Shown in pieces: positions 10,335 to 20,038 of a stretch of DNA of 64,000 nucleotides. The notes below the pieces were generated by a model, which was not told the origin of the DNA, searched no databases, and saw nothing but the letters and a program-made list of their open reading frames with translations. The stretch's first letter is position 1, and the number at the start of each line of letters is the position of its first letter. A program made the position numbers and the translations under genes. The stretch comes from a virus (lineage: Duplodnaviria; Caudoviricetes). Location: the IMG/VR virus record IMGVR_UViG_3300025450_001231; one strand, given 5' to 3'.

Positions 10335-11807
10335 TTAGTTATCTGCACGTGGTGTTAGTGCTTGGTTGAGATTTTGTCTTGTTGGCAAAGTCTGACCTTC
10401 TTTATTTGTATATGTACTGGTATCATTGATAAATGTACTGGTTAAAGTCTTATTATCTGCACCCGGTGTTAAATTGGCTCTGACTACATCTTGCACAACA
10501 ACCCATCTAGCGCCGTCCCATCGAAATAATCTATTAGGTAAAAAATCTACTCTTAATATATAGTCGCCAATTTGTGGCAAAGGTGGAAATTGGGTGTTAC
10601 TGATAATAGCCAAATCCTCGGGACTAAATTTAGTGTACTGCCCAATGCTGGTATTTGCTGCTGGAAAACTAGGATCAGTTGGGAAACTAGTACTAACATT
10701 AGCAACAAATCCATTTGGTGGTTGGCTATCGGTGGTCAAATACCCTGGTGTGTTTTGAGCAGGTCTATAGGGTAAAGTATTAACGTAATCGACATTACTG
10801 TCTACATATAAATTAGTAAAATCAACAGTTTGTCCAGTGGGATCTCCGGGACTACCATCCGGTAAAGTTGGTTCCACATAAAGTGTATCAGTATTGTATC
10901 CACTTAACGGAACATCAATTTGTGCTTGAGCTAGTACTGCATCGTTAATTTCATTGAGCTTGTTATAGTTAGACAGTATTTGCCCAATCGGGGTATTTGC
11001 TGCATCGCCTGCAGTAACATTGTTCAAAATATCTTTGTATTCTTGTGCATCCACTAGCGGTGTCATTTTGACTCTGACTAAATGCGGCCACCAAGTAGCA
11101 CTGAATCCTTCGGCGGCAAATGTTACATCTTGAATAACATAGTAACGTTTTAGTACTGCTGGAATAGCTGCATCCAACGGGTAGTAATCCTTTTTATGCA
11201 ACAATTCTAATACATCTCCTGACATTAGTTTTCTGCCAACAGTAGTAACAACATCGTTTAGATGGAAAGTCATCATAACAGTATCTGCACTTAAAAAGAT
11301 TCCAAATTGTTGCAAGTCAAAGTCATTATCATTTACTGTGTAAATTCCTCTGAGACTGTATATGCTAGTATCGTATTTTCTATCACGATTTTCAACAAAC
11401 AGTAAATCTTGTATATTAGTTGCAGATTGATTTTGATAAGCAGGTTTTTCTGGATTGTTCCAATATATGCTAACTGGACTATTACTGCTAATAGTAGATG
11501 TAATTGGATTATTAATGGTTACTGTGTTTGCACCAAAATTAACATTTGTAACAACAGTGCCACTTGCAATTCCAATTCCGCTAACAGTTTGCCCGACAGC
11601 CATTGCACTGACATTACCAAAAGGTAATACATTTGAATTGGCAGTTACAGTTGCAGTAGTATTGTATGCCTGTACTTGACTAGTAGGGCCAAGATATTTG
11701 TGCAAGTACACACCGGTACCGCCAATAGTAAACTCTTCGGAGATTCTACGATCGAAAAATTTGTAATCATTGCTGTGGTTTTCTCGCCACAAAGATAGTC
11801 TTGGCAT
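10335..11807 (-). CDS. neck / head-closure protein (T4 gp14-like)
   Basis: DLLFVENRDRKYD, DLQQFGIFL, GRKLMSGDVLEL; adjacent to the gp15-like gene. Confidence 0.6.
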   Translation of the reverse strand: MPRLSLWRENHSNDYKFFDRRISEEFTIGGTGVYLHKYLGPTSQVQAYNTTATVTANSNVLPFGNVSAMAVGQTVSGIGIASGTVVTNVNFGANTVTINNPITSTISSNSPVSIYWNNPEKPAYQNQSATNIQDLLFVENRDRKYDTSIYSLRGIYTVNDNDFDLQQFGIFLSADTVMMTFHLNDVVTTVGRKLMSGDVLELLHKKDYYPLDAAIPAVLKRYYVIQDVTFAAEGFSATWWPHLVRVKMTPLVDAQEYKDILNNVTAGDAANTPIGQILSNYNKLNEINDAVLAQAQIDVPLSGYNTDTLYVEPTLPDGSPGDPTGQTVDFTNLYVDSNVDYVNTLPYRPAQNTPGYLTTDSQPPNGFVANVSTSFPTDPSFPAANTSIGQYTKFSPEDLAIISNTQFPPLPQIGDYILRVDFLPNRLFRWDGARWVVVQDVVRANLTPGADNKTLTSTFINDTSTYTNKEGQTLPTRQNLNQALTPRADN

Positions 11808-11841
11808 TATTTGTCCCGTTTATAGTGTATTTATTGCAACA

Positions 11842-11870
11842 TTGACATTAAATTTCAATTACCGTATAAT
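11842..11870 (+). promoter_or_regulatory. sigma70-type promoter, leaderless transcript
   Basis: TTGACA-17-TATAAT; ATG 7 nt downstream of the -10 box. Confidence 0.85.
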
Positions 11871-11876
11871 TGTGGG

Positions 11877-12137
11877 ATGACACAAATTATAGACTACGAG
11901 CCAAAATTTAGTGAAATGTTAGCCTGTATCAGTGCGGTTAACGATATGCGGGCCCGTAGTCAACTGTATAAAATGTATACAAACTGTCGTAAAATCCACA
12001 CAGAAATGAGCCAAGAATTGGTAGAGTGCAGACGTAGGAAAAAGTTAACACAAAAGTATACAGAATTAGAAACTAACTTAAACCTAAGTATTAGTGAATT
12101 TGAACAGTGGACAACCTTTGCGAATTTGATTTATTGA
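11877..12137 (+). CDS. hypothetical protein
   Basis: 86 aa ORF directly after a consensus promoter. Confidence 0.65.
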   Translation: MTQIIDYEPKFSEMLACISAVNDMRARSQLYKMYTNCRKIHTEMSQELVECRRRKKLTQKYTELETNLNLSISEFEQWTTFANLIY

Positions 12138-12162
12138 CATTAATACTGATCTGCAGTATAAT
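12134..12162 (+). promoter_or_regulatory. sigma70-type promoter
   Basis: TTGACA-17-TATAAT. Confidence 0.85.
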
Positions 12163-12192
12163 GTATTTTTACAACACAAAACGTAGGCTACT

Positions 12193-12621
12193 ATGGAAAT
12201 TACAGTAAAATGTCGAGGACAGGGCAGAGCCGAGTTAGTTAAAGCCTGCGCAGGTTTTATTGCAAAAGAACTAAGAATCAGCAACAGCACTTGGAAACTG
12301 CAAATCCAGCTCAAACGTTTCCCCAAAGAAGAAGGCATTCGTGGTAGCGTAATCGATGCTGGACCTAAACAGTTAGTGATGTTTTTAGAGTCGTCTATGG
12401 AGTTTGAACGTTTTACAGAAGTGTTGAGTCACGAAATGGTACACGTTAAGCAATTTGTGCGTGGCCAGTATAAACAAGAAATCAAACGTGGTCTTCCAGT
12501 ACATTACTGGATGGGCAAGCAGGTAAAGGCTAAGTATTACGACCAACCTTGGGAACAAGATGCTTGGAGTCGTGAGCGAATTTTATCAAACAAATTATTT
12601 GCTGTTATTAATCAGGAGTAA
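12193..12621 (+). CDS. HEXXH zinc metallopeptidase-like protein (SprT-like)
   Basis: VLSHEMVHVKQ and QPWEQDA. Confidence 0.7.
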   Translation: MEITVKCRGQGRAELVKACAGFIAKELRISNSTWKLQIQLKRFPKEEGIRGSVIDAGPKQLVMFLESSMEFERFTEVLSHEMVHVKQFVRGQYKQEIKRGLPVHYWMGKQVKAKYYDQPWEQDAWSRERILSNKLFAVINQE

Positions 12622-12624
12622 ACA

Positions 12625-13800
12625 ATGGCGACAGTAGCAGGAATTAAAATCAAAACCAAAGTGGCTAAGCCACGTGGCGGCCAGTTTATGGATGAAAAGT
12701 ACACAGGTGGGGAGCCAACTTGGGATACAGAAGCAGCAGAAAAGTTTGATAACGAAACTTTTGATCATTATCTGCGCAAGAGTTTCTATTACTACAATTA
12801 TTACTATACTCAAAAAGACTGTAAAAAATACATTGTAGAATGGATGCAAGCACAACCTAGTACATTTTCCAAACAAGAAGTAAGTGCGTTTATTCGCAGT
12901 AGTGACCGTAATATGTCAATGACAGCCTGTAGCCTCATTATGGCACATCGTGCAGGTATGCCATTCCGTGGACGTCACATTGAGTTTATTACAGAAGCTA
13001 TTAACAAATCTATCGGTTTAGCCGAACCTGAAGATACTGTGGTTGAGACTGCTGAGGAAAAACCTAAAGCATACGTGCCCACTATCCAGGATCGCCTTAA
13101 TGAAAAAACTGCTGAAATTATCGGCGAGTTAGAAGGTCATTATGACGAAGCCACAAAAGCAACAAAGACTACATTTAAGCCCTACGAGTATCTTGTGTCA
13201 AACAATGTAGTACAAAGTCAATTAAGCAAATATGAATTGGTTTATACCAAACGCAAACTAGAGCTTGAATCGGCATTGGCCAAGCAAGACGAAGACCTTA
13301 AAGAAGGGTATCGTCATTATAAAGCCGCAGACTTCAAACGTTTGATTGCTTGGATTGATGATCTTTTGGTAGCGATTGATCAATATAGAAGTGTGAAAAA
13401 AGCAGTTAAAAAAGCTCGTGTGAAAAAAGCACCTTCGAAAGAGAAATTGATCAGCAAGTTAAAGTACAGTAAAGAGTTCAAAGAACTTAAAATTGTCAGT
13501 ATTAATCCTGCCGATATTATTGGTGCTACAGAATTATGGGTTTACAATACCAAATATCGTAAATTGGGTAGATATACTGCAGATGCATACAAGACGTTGA
13601 CCATTAAAGGCACAACTATTGAAAACTTTGATTCTACCAAGAGTGTGCAAAAGACCTTGCGTAAGCCTGCAGAGCAATTAAAAGAATTTGCTAAAGCAGG
13701 TAAGGTACAGTTGCGTAAGTTTTTAGATGATATTCGTGCAACAGATACGCAACTAACAGGGCGTATTAGTACAGACATAGTACTGCTAAAAGCGGCATAA
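12625..13800 (+). CDS. conserved phage hypothetical protein
   Basis: 391 aa ORF; C-terminal INPADIIGATELWVYNTKYRKL typical of T4-like phage hypotheticals. Confidence 0.7.
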   Translation: MATVAGIKIKTKVAKPRGGQFMDEKYTGGEPTWDTEAAEKFDNETFDHYLRKSFYYYNYYYTQKDCKKYIVEWMQAQPSTFSKQEVSAFIRSSDRNMSMTACSLIMAHRAGMPFRGRHIEFITEAINKSIGLAEPEDTVVETAEEKPKAYVPTIQDRLNEKTAEIIGELEGHYDEATKATKTTFKPYEYLVSNNVVQSQLSKYELVYTKRKLELESALAKQDEDLKEGYRHYKAADFKRLIAWIDDLLVAIDQYRSVKKAVKKARVKKAPSKEKLISKLKYSKEFKELKIVSINPADIIGATELWVYNTKYRKLGRYTADAYKTLTIKGTTIENFDSTKSVQKTLRKPAEQLKEFAKAGKVQLRKFLDDIRATDTQLTGRISTDIVLLKAA

Positions 13801-13842
13801 TATAGTTTCCTATTAGCTAAATATGGTTAGTAGGACACAATT

Positions 13843-14997
13843 ATGCCAGTACAAATGACCCCAGGTCTGCAAAACGACCTAAGCCTTCAAACCCAGAATC
13901 TTGGTGGTCCTGGGCCAATTGACATCAATAGTGCAATTGATGCCGCCGGTAATATCCAAACACTAAATCAACTTCGTAATCAAATGACTGATTACATTAG
14001 ATTGCGTTTGGGCGACGGTATTGTTGATGTTGAATTAGACAAAGAACACTTTGAGCTTGCTATTAAGCAGTCACTTACTAAATATCGACAATTGGCCAGT
14101 AATGCACAAGAAGAAAGTTATGCGTTTTTGGACCTTTTGCCTGAAACACAGGAATACATACTGCCCAATAATATTATGGATGTGCGTACTATCTTCCGTC
14201 GTGGTATTGGAAGTGTGACAGGTACAACTGCAAGTCAATTTGAACCATTTGCCAGCGGTTATTTGAATACTTATATGTTGGTTGCAGGTCGAGTTGGGGG
14301 ATTAACCAATTACGAAATGTTTACACAATATCAAAAATTAGCTATGACTATGTTTGGCGGTTATATGAATTATACATTTAATCGTGTTACTAAGAAACTT
14401 ACTGTGGTTAGAAAGATCCCCCAGTACGGTCATACATTTTTACCTATTCAAAGTATTGTGGCCAGTAGTCAAAATGTTGGTGCCACTATTACTATTACAT
14501 TTAATGTGCCTTGGCCTTTACAAGCAGGCAACAGTATCTACATTATTAACCCTACAGTAGCAGGGTGGGCTGGCCAATACATTGTGCAAACAGTTGGGGC
14601 AGGCGGTAATGTTATTACAGTTACTGCACAACAACCTTTAGGTAGTTTAGAACTAACTGACTATGCAATGAGCCAAACTCAAATTTGGAGTCCAGAATTG
14701 GATAGCGTAGACAATACCGAAAGTGTGCTATTATGGGTCTATAATTACAAACCAGATAGCGTGTTGTTAAGTGACCAGTTTGTTTATCCTTGGTTGCAAG
14801 AATATGCACTCGCATTTTGTAAAACTATTTTAGGACAAGCTCGTGGCAAGTTTGCTCAAATTGCAGGACCACAAGGTGGTACACAACTAAATGGTGCTGC
14901 TCTTATGGCAGAAGGCCAAGCCGAAATGGAAAAGCTCGAATTAGATATAAGAAACTATGTAGATGGCTCACAACCGTTGACTTGGGTTACTGGTTAA
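13843..14997 (+). CDS. neck protein / head-tail adaptor (T4 gp13-like)
   Basis: RLGDGIVDVELD, YALAFCKTILGQARGKF...GGTQLNG; late TAAATA motif upstream. Confidence 0.8.
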   Translation: MPVQMTPGLQNDLSLQTQNLGGPGPIDINSAIDAAGNIQTLNQLRNQMTDYIRLRLGDGIVDVELDKEHFELAIKQSLTKYRQLASNAQEESYAFLDLLPETQEYILPNNIMDVRTIFRRGIGSVTGTTASQFEPFASGYLNTYMLVAGRVGGLTNYEMFTQYQKLAMTMFGGYMNYTFNRVTKKLTVVRKIPQYGHTFLPIQSIVASSQNVGATITITFNVPWPLQAGNSIYIINPTVAGWAGQYIVQTVGAGGNVITVTAQQPLGSLELTDYAMSQTQIWSPELDSVDNTESVLLWVYNYKPDSVLLSDQFVYPWLQEYALAFCKTILGQARGKFAQIAGPQGGTQLNGAALMAEGQAEMEKLELDIRNYVDGSQPLTWVTG

Positions 14998-15028
14998 TGT
15001 TATACTAGCAACTCACGCAGGAGTTGTT

Positions 15029-15640
15029 ATGATCATAGGATTTTGTGGATTAATTGGCAGTGGTAAAGATACTGCTGCAGACTATCTTGTTAACTTTCAC
15101 GAGTTTCGTAGGGACAGTTTTGCAAGCAGTCTTAAAGATGCAGTTAGCGCAGTATTTGGTTGGGACCGAGAACTATTAGAAGGCCGTACTAAAACTGCAA
15201 GGGCTTGGCGAGAAGAAATAGATCCATGGTGGAGCCAACGCTTGAATATGCCACATCTTACTCCCCGTTGGATACTACAATATTGGGGCACAGAAGTCTG
15301 CAGACAAGGATTCCACGATGATATGTGGATTGCCAGCTTAGAAAACAAACTTAGAAATACCAACGACAGCACAGTTATCACTGACTGTAGATTTCCTAAC
15401 GAAATAGCTGCCATAAGAGCACAAGGTGGTAGAATTGTGTGGATACAACGCGGTATAATTCCCCATTGGTACGATATTGCATCAAAAGCAAACAAAGGAG
15501 ATACCAAAGCTGCTGAATGGCTCAAAGCAAATAATATACACGCTAGTGAAACATCATGGGCTGGTACTGATTTTGATGTTGTCGTAGACAATAACGGCAC
15601 TATAGACGACTTATACTCGCAACTTAAAAATCTGGTTTAA
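15029..15640 (+). CDS. deoxynucleoside monophosphate kinase (T4 gp1-like)
   Basis: GLIGSGKDT, FASSLKD, PRWILQYWGTE, ITDCRFPNE, HASE. Confidence 0.9.
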   Translation: MIIGFCGLIGSGKDTAADYLVNFHEFRRDSFASSLKDAVSAVFGWDRELLEGRTKTARAWREEIDPWWSQRLNMPHLTPRWILQYWGTEVCRQGFHDDMWIASLENKLRNTNDSTVITDCRFPNEIAAIRAQGGRIVWIQRGIIPHWYDIASKANKGDTKAAEWLKANNIHASETSWAGTDFDVVVDNNGTIDDLYSQLKNLV

Positions 15641-15974
15641 CTTCAGCTTCTTGCCAAGGTAGCTTACTAAGGCCGATTTCTACTCTGCAATTCAAGCAAA
15701 TACTTTTTAAGTTAAATTGGCTATTGTTGCGTAAGTTGCCGTCTACATGGAATACTGTCATTTGTTTGTCAGGATATTTGGCCTTCCAACCGCAATGATC
15801 GCAAACTGTGCGTTTCCTGTACCCAGCCTTAAACCACGCGGGGGGTATAGGCTTTAATTTGTTGCCTTTTCGACTACAACTGCTACATAGTCTTCGATAG
15901 TGGTGTTTACCGTCTTTAACGTAGTTAACGGCCGACGGATTTTGTTTACAACTCTGACAAACGGGTCTAATCAT
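15624..15974 (-). CDS. zinc-finger HNH-like protein
   Basis: CQSC, CSSC, CDHC, HVDGNLRNN...CLNC. Confidence 0.65.
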   Translation of the reverse strand: MIRPVCQSCKQNPSAVNYVKDGKHHYRRLCSSCSRKGNKLKPIPPAWFKAGYRKRTVCDHCGWKAKYPDKQMTVFHVDGNLRNNSQFNLKSICLNCRVEIGLSKLPWQEAEVKPDF

Positions 15975-16099
15975 ACTAATATTTAATCAAACCTTTGGCA
16001 AAGGCACCTAAGCCACAGTTATTTCTCCAAATACGATAAATATCTTTATAAAGAATTTAAGGTTAATTTCTTATTTTTACACGTTAAAGGAAAAACACT

Positions 16100-19000
16100 A
16101 TGGCAACGCTAGTAAGTCCAGGCGTATCAGTTACAGTAACAGATGAAAGCAATTACAGTCCTAATAGTTTAGGGACTGTTGCTTATATTTTATTGGCAAC
16201 TGCACAAAACAAAACAGCTCCAGGCGGCACTTCAATTGCGGCCGGGACACTAAGTCAGAATGCAGACAAAGTATATACCATTACTAGTCAAAGAGATTTA
16301 GTTACCACATTTGGTAACCCATTCTTTGCAACTACTAATAGTGGTGCTGCTATTAATGCTGACGAGCAAAATGAATACGGCTTGATGGCTGCATATAGTT
16401 TGTTGGGAGTATCGAATACAGTATATGTACAACGTGCTAATGTAGACTTAGGCGGATTAACAGGTACGACTATTCGTCCTGTAGATAATCCAGCAACTGG
16501 TACTTACTGGTTAGATACATCTACTACCAATTGGGGAATTTATCAGTGGGACGCATTTACTCAGTCATTCACTGAACAATCTCCGATTGTAATCACCAAT
16601 CCTTCATTACTAGTAAGTAATACAACACCTAATGTAACACTTGGTGGAATTGGTAGTTATGCTGTCAATGCTTATCAAAGTAATAATGTTCTTTACTATA
16701 AAGGATTGAGCAATACTTGGAATATAGTTGGGTCAACACAATGGCAATACGATATTCCTACAATAACAGGTTCGGTATTGAATCCTGTCATTCCTAGCGG
16801 CGGCGGAACAATAGATGTTAACGGTACAAACATTACATTTACTTCTGGTGAAAATTTAGCCAGTATTATTGCAACAATCAACGGTGCTGGTCCAGATAGT
16901 AATAATGTTGTTGCTACTACCAATAGTGTTAATCAGCTGATTCTAACTGGCTCTGCTTTAAGCAGCGGACAACAAATAACAATTACAGGAGATACTAATG
17001 TAATGCAAGCATTAGGACTCCACTCAGGTACTTTTACTGTTCCCCAAGTTCAAATAGCACCGTACTACAATATTCCACAGTGGCAAGGTCCAGTGGGCGG
17101 CGGAGAAAGTCCCCCAACTGGTAGTGTTTGGCAAAAAACCACTACATTAGGCGGAGGTTTATCACCAGTTGTTAACAAATACAATGCTACTAATGTAGCT
17201 TGGGAAACACAAAAAGTAACCGAATATCCAGATGTACTTACTGCTACATTCTCGTTGGATCCTACTGCAGGTGGTTTGAACATTACGCAAAATTCTATTT
17301 TTGCACAGTACAATGTAAAACAAGACAATATTACACCTAGCGTTTATTTCTGGGTTCGTAATGCAAGTGGTCCAACAATTGGAACAGGAACTACAACAAC
17401 TCCTACATACAACAACGGACAGTTTAACATAACCGTTAGACCTACTGTTAATTCTCCATCCACTACTACATATACTGTAACAGTATCTCAGCCAAGCGCA
17501 TTTGGATTTATTAGCGCAGTTAGTGCTGCAGGAATTCCTAATGTTAGTGCAAAACTAGCAACTTCTGGAGCAATGACATTGGTTCATGCTACAGGTGGCG
17601 ACATAATCATATATGAAAATGATGGCTACAATGTATTAGGCGGAGTTGGATTAACTGCTGGCACACATAATAATATTACAGTGGATCCGTCCGGCAGTGG
17701 TAATTCAATTATTAGTAATTGGGTTCCATTGGCATATATCCCAAGCAGCACACAACCTTATATTGATCCAGCAGATGGTACATACTGGTATTATGATAGT
17801 CCTGCACACGTAGATATCATGATTAATGATGGAACCAATTGGAAAGGTTATAGAACTTTGGCCGCTGATATCAGAGGCTATAATTTACAACAAACCAATG
17901 TTAACGGTCCTATTGTTAGCTCAAGTGCTCCTACTGCACAAGACAACGGTAATTCATTGGTATACGGCGATTTGTGGTTAGACACAAGCGACTTGGAAAA
18001 CTATCCAAGTATATACAGATGGCAAAGTGTCAATGCAGCTAACCAATGGGTTAAGATTGATCTTACAGATGAAACAAGTCAAAATGGTATCATATTTGCA
18101 GATGCTCGTTGGTCAGTAAATGGCACAACAGATCCTTCAACTGATGCAATGCCTAGTGTTGCTTCGTTAGCACTAAGCAATTATTTAGATTTGGATGCAC
18201 CTGATCCTACCATTCACCCACGCGGTATGTTGTTGTTTAACACACGAGCCAGTGGATACAATGTAAAACAATTTAGATTTAACTATTTCAATGGTACTTC
18301 ATTCCCTGACCAATCATTACCTGCACAGAAAAATGCGTGGGTAAGCGTTAGCGGATATGATGCAGGAAATTCACCAAACTTTGGCCGTAAAGCACAACGT
18401 GGTGTTGTTGTTGCTGCATTGAAATCAGCAATCGACAGTAGCACAGTATTGCGTGAAGAACAACACGCATTTAACTTAATTGCTTGCCCAGGATATCCTG
18501 AGTTAATTCCTAATATGGTTACACTCAACGATGACCGTGGAGACACAGCCTTTATCGTAGGCGATACACCAATGCGTTTGCCTGCTACTGGTACTGCAAT
18601 TCAAGCCTGGGCGCAAAATTCAAATAATGCACCTACTACAGGCGAGGATGGCTTAACAATTACTAACCCATATGTTGGAATTTATTATCCATCTGCACAA
18701 ACAAATGATTTAAGCGGTAATGCAATTGTTGTACCTCCAAGTCACGTGGCATTAAGAGTTATTAGTTTAAGTGATAATATGAGTTATCAATGGTTTGCAC
18801 CAGCTGGATCTCGTAGAGGTTTAATTGATAATGCAAGTAGCATTGGATATGTTGACGCTGATTCAGGCGCATATTATCCAGTGGGTATTACTCAAGGATT
18901 AAGAGATGTTATGTATACTAACTCAATTAATCCATACACTAACTTACCAGGAACTGGTTTATTGGTATACGGACAGAAAACATTAAGCCCAACTCCAAGT

Positions 19001-19357
19001 GCATTGGATCGTATTAATGTAGCAAGACTTGTTAACTATCTAAGAAGACAGTTATCAATTATTACTCGTCCATACTTGTTTGAACCAAACGACAGTATTA
19101 CACGCAGTGGCGTTAAAGCAGTTGTAAGTTCTATGCTAAACGATTTGATTAGCAAGCGCGGTATCACTGATTATTTGGTTGTATGTGATAGTACAAACAA
19201 TACTCCAGACCGTGTTGACAGAAATGAACTATGGATTGATGTAGCGATTGAACCAACTAAAGCAGTTGAGTTTATCTACATACCGATTAGATTGATGGCT
19301 TCAGGAGCTATTACATCGGGACTAGCGGCCGCAGAAATAGCAGGAAAAGGGGCATAA
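16100..19357 (+). CDS. tail sheath protein (T4 gp18-like)
   Basis: LVSPGVSVTVTDES N-terminus; WFAPAGSRRG, LDRINVARL, FEPND, AVEFIYIPI. Confidence 0.95.
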   Translation: MATLVSPGVSVTVTDESNYSPNSLGTVAYILLATAQNKTAPGGTSIAAGTLSQNADKVYTITSQRDLVTTFGNPFFATTNSGAAINADEQNEYGLMAAYSLLGVSNTVYVQRANVDLGGLTGTTIRPVDNPATGTYWLDTSTTNWGIYQWDAFTQSFTEQSPIVITNPSLLVSNTTPNVTLGGIGSYAVNAYQSNNVLYYKGLSNTWNIVGSTQWQYDIPTITGSVLNPVIPSGGGTIDVNGTNITFTSGENLASIIATINGAGPDSNNVVATTNSVNQLILTGSALSSGQQITITGDTNVMQALGLHSGTFTVPQVQIAPYYNIPQWQGPVGGGESPPTGSVWQKTTTLGGGLSPVVNKYNATNVAWETQKVTEYPDVLTATFSLDPTAGGLNITQNSIFAQYNVKQDNITPSVYFWVRNASGPTIGTGTTTTPTYNNGQFNITVRPTVNSPSTTTYTVTVSQPSAFGFISAVSAAGIPNVSAKLATSGAMTLVHATGGDIIIYENDGYNVLGGVGLTAGTHNNITVDPSGSGNSIISNWVPLAYIPSSTQPYIDPADGTYWYYDSPAHVDIMINDGTNWKGYRTLAADIRGYNLQQTNVNGPIVSSSAPTAQDNGNSLVYGDLWLDTSDLENYPSIYRWQSVNAANQWVKIDLTDETSQNGIIFADARWSVNGTTDPSTDAMPSVASLALSNYLDLDAPDPTIHPRGMLLFNTRASGYNVKQFRFNYFNGTSFPDQSLPAQKNAWVSVSGYDAGNSPNFGRKAQRGVVVAALKSAIDSSTVLREEQHAFNLIACPGYPELIPNMVTLNDDRGDTAFIVGDTPMRLPATGTAIQAWAQNSNNAPTTGEDGLTITNPYVGIYYPSAQTNDLSGNAIVVPPSHVALRVISLSDNMSYQWFAPAGSRRGLIDNASSIGYVDADSGAYYPVGITQGLRDVMYTNSINPYTNLPGTGLLVYGQKTLSPTPSALDRINVARLVNYLRRQLSIITRPYLFEPNDSITRSGVKAVVSSMLNDLISKRGITDYLVVCDSTNNTPDRVDRNELWIDVAIEPTKAVEFIYIPIRLMASGAITSGLAAAEIAGKGA

Positions 19358-19358
19358 G

Positions 19359-19976
19359 ATGGCAGTTTCATCATTAACTAAATTTACAGTACCATTAGGT
19401 CCTGGACAAAGTAGCACAACACAAGGTATGTTGATGCCTAAACTCAAGTTTCGCTTTAGAGCGACATTTGATAATTTTGGTGTAAGCAATCCTACAACAG
19501 AGTTGACTAAACAAATTGTAACATTTGCAAGACCAAATTTAACATTTGATCCTGTTGAAGTTCCTGTTTACAACAGCAGAATTTATCTTGCTGGACGTCC
19601 AACTTGGGATCCTTGCCAAGTTACACTCAGAGATGATGCGGTAGGCAGTGTTACTACATTAATCGGCGAGCAATTGCAGAAGCAATTCGATTTTATGGAG
19701 CAGGCCAGTGCTAGCGCAGGCGGTGACTATAAGTTTATTACTACATTAGATATATTAGATGGCGGTAATGGACAGTACGAACCAGTTGTACTTGAAGAGT
19801 GGCAATTATATGGTTGTTTCTTAACTAATGTTAATTACAACGATGTTGATTATGGTTCCAATGATCCAGTTACTATCACTCTGAGCATCCGTTACGACAA
19901 CGCTATTCAAGTTGTTGGCGGTGGTGTTGGTACTAGTATTGGTAGAAACATTAGTTCTTCTTCAGCTACTTCCTAA
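19359..19976 (+). CDS. tail tube protein (T4 gp19-like)
   Basis: Follows the sheath gene; RPNLTFD...AGRPTW...LRDD, WQLYGCF, LSIRYDNA. Confidence 0.9.
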   Translation: MAVSSLTKFTVPLGPGQSSTTQGMLMPKLKFRFRATFDNFGVSNPTTELTKQIVTFARPNLTFDPVEVPVYNSRIYLAGRPTWDPCQVTLRDDAVGSVTTLIGEQLQKQFDFMEQASASAGGDYKFITTLDILDGGNGQYEPVVLEEWQLYGCFLTNVNYNDVDYGSNDPVTITLSIRYDNAIQVVGGGVGTSIGRNISSSSATS

Positions 19977-19995
19977 GCTGATATCAACTAAAAAC

Positions 19996-20022
19996 AAAAG
20001 CCCACTCGAGTGGGCTTTTTTA
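19996..20022 (+). terminator. intrinsic terminator
   Basis: AAAGCCCAC-TCGA-GTGGGCTTT followed by a T run. Confidence 0.85.
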
Positions 20023-20038
20023 TTGCATAAATATATGT

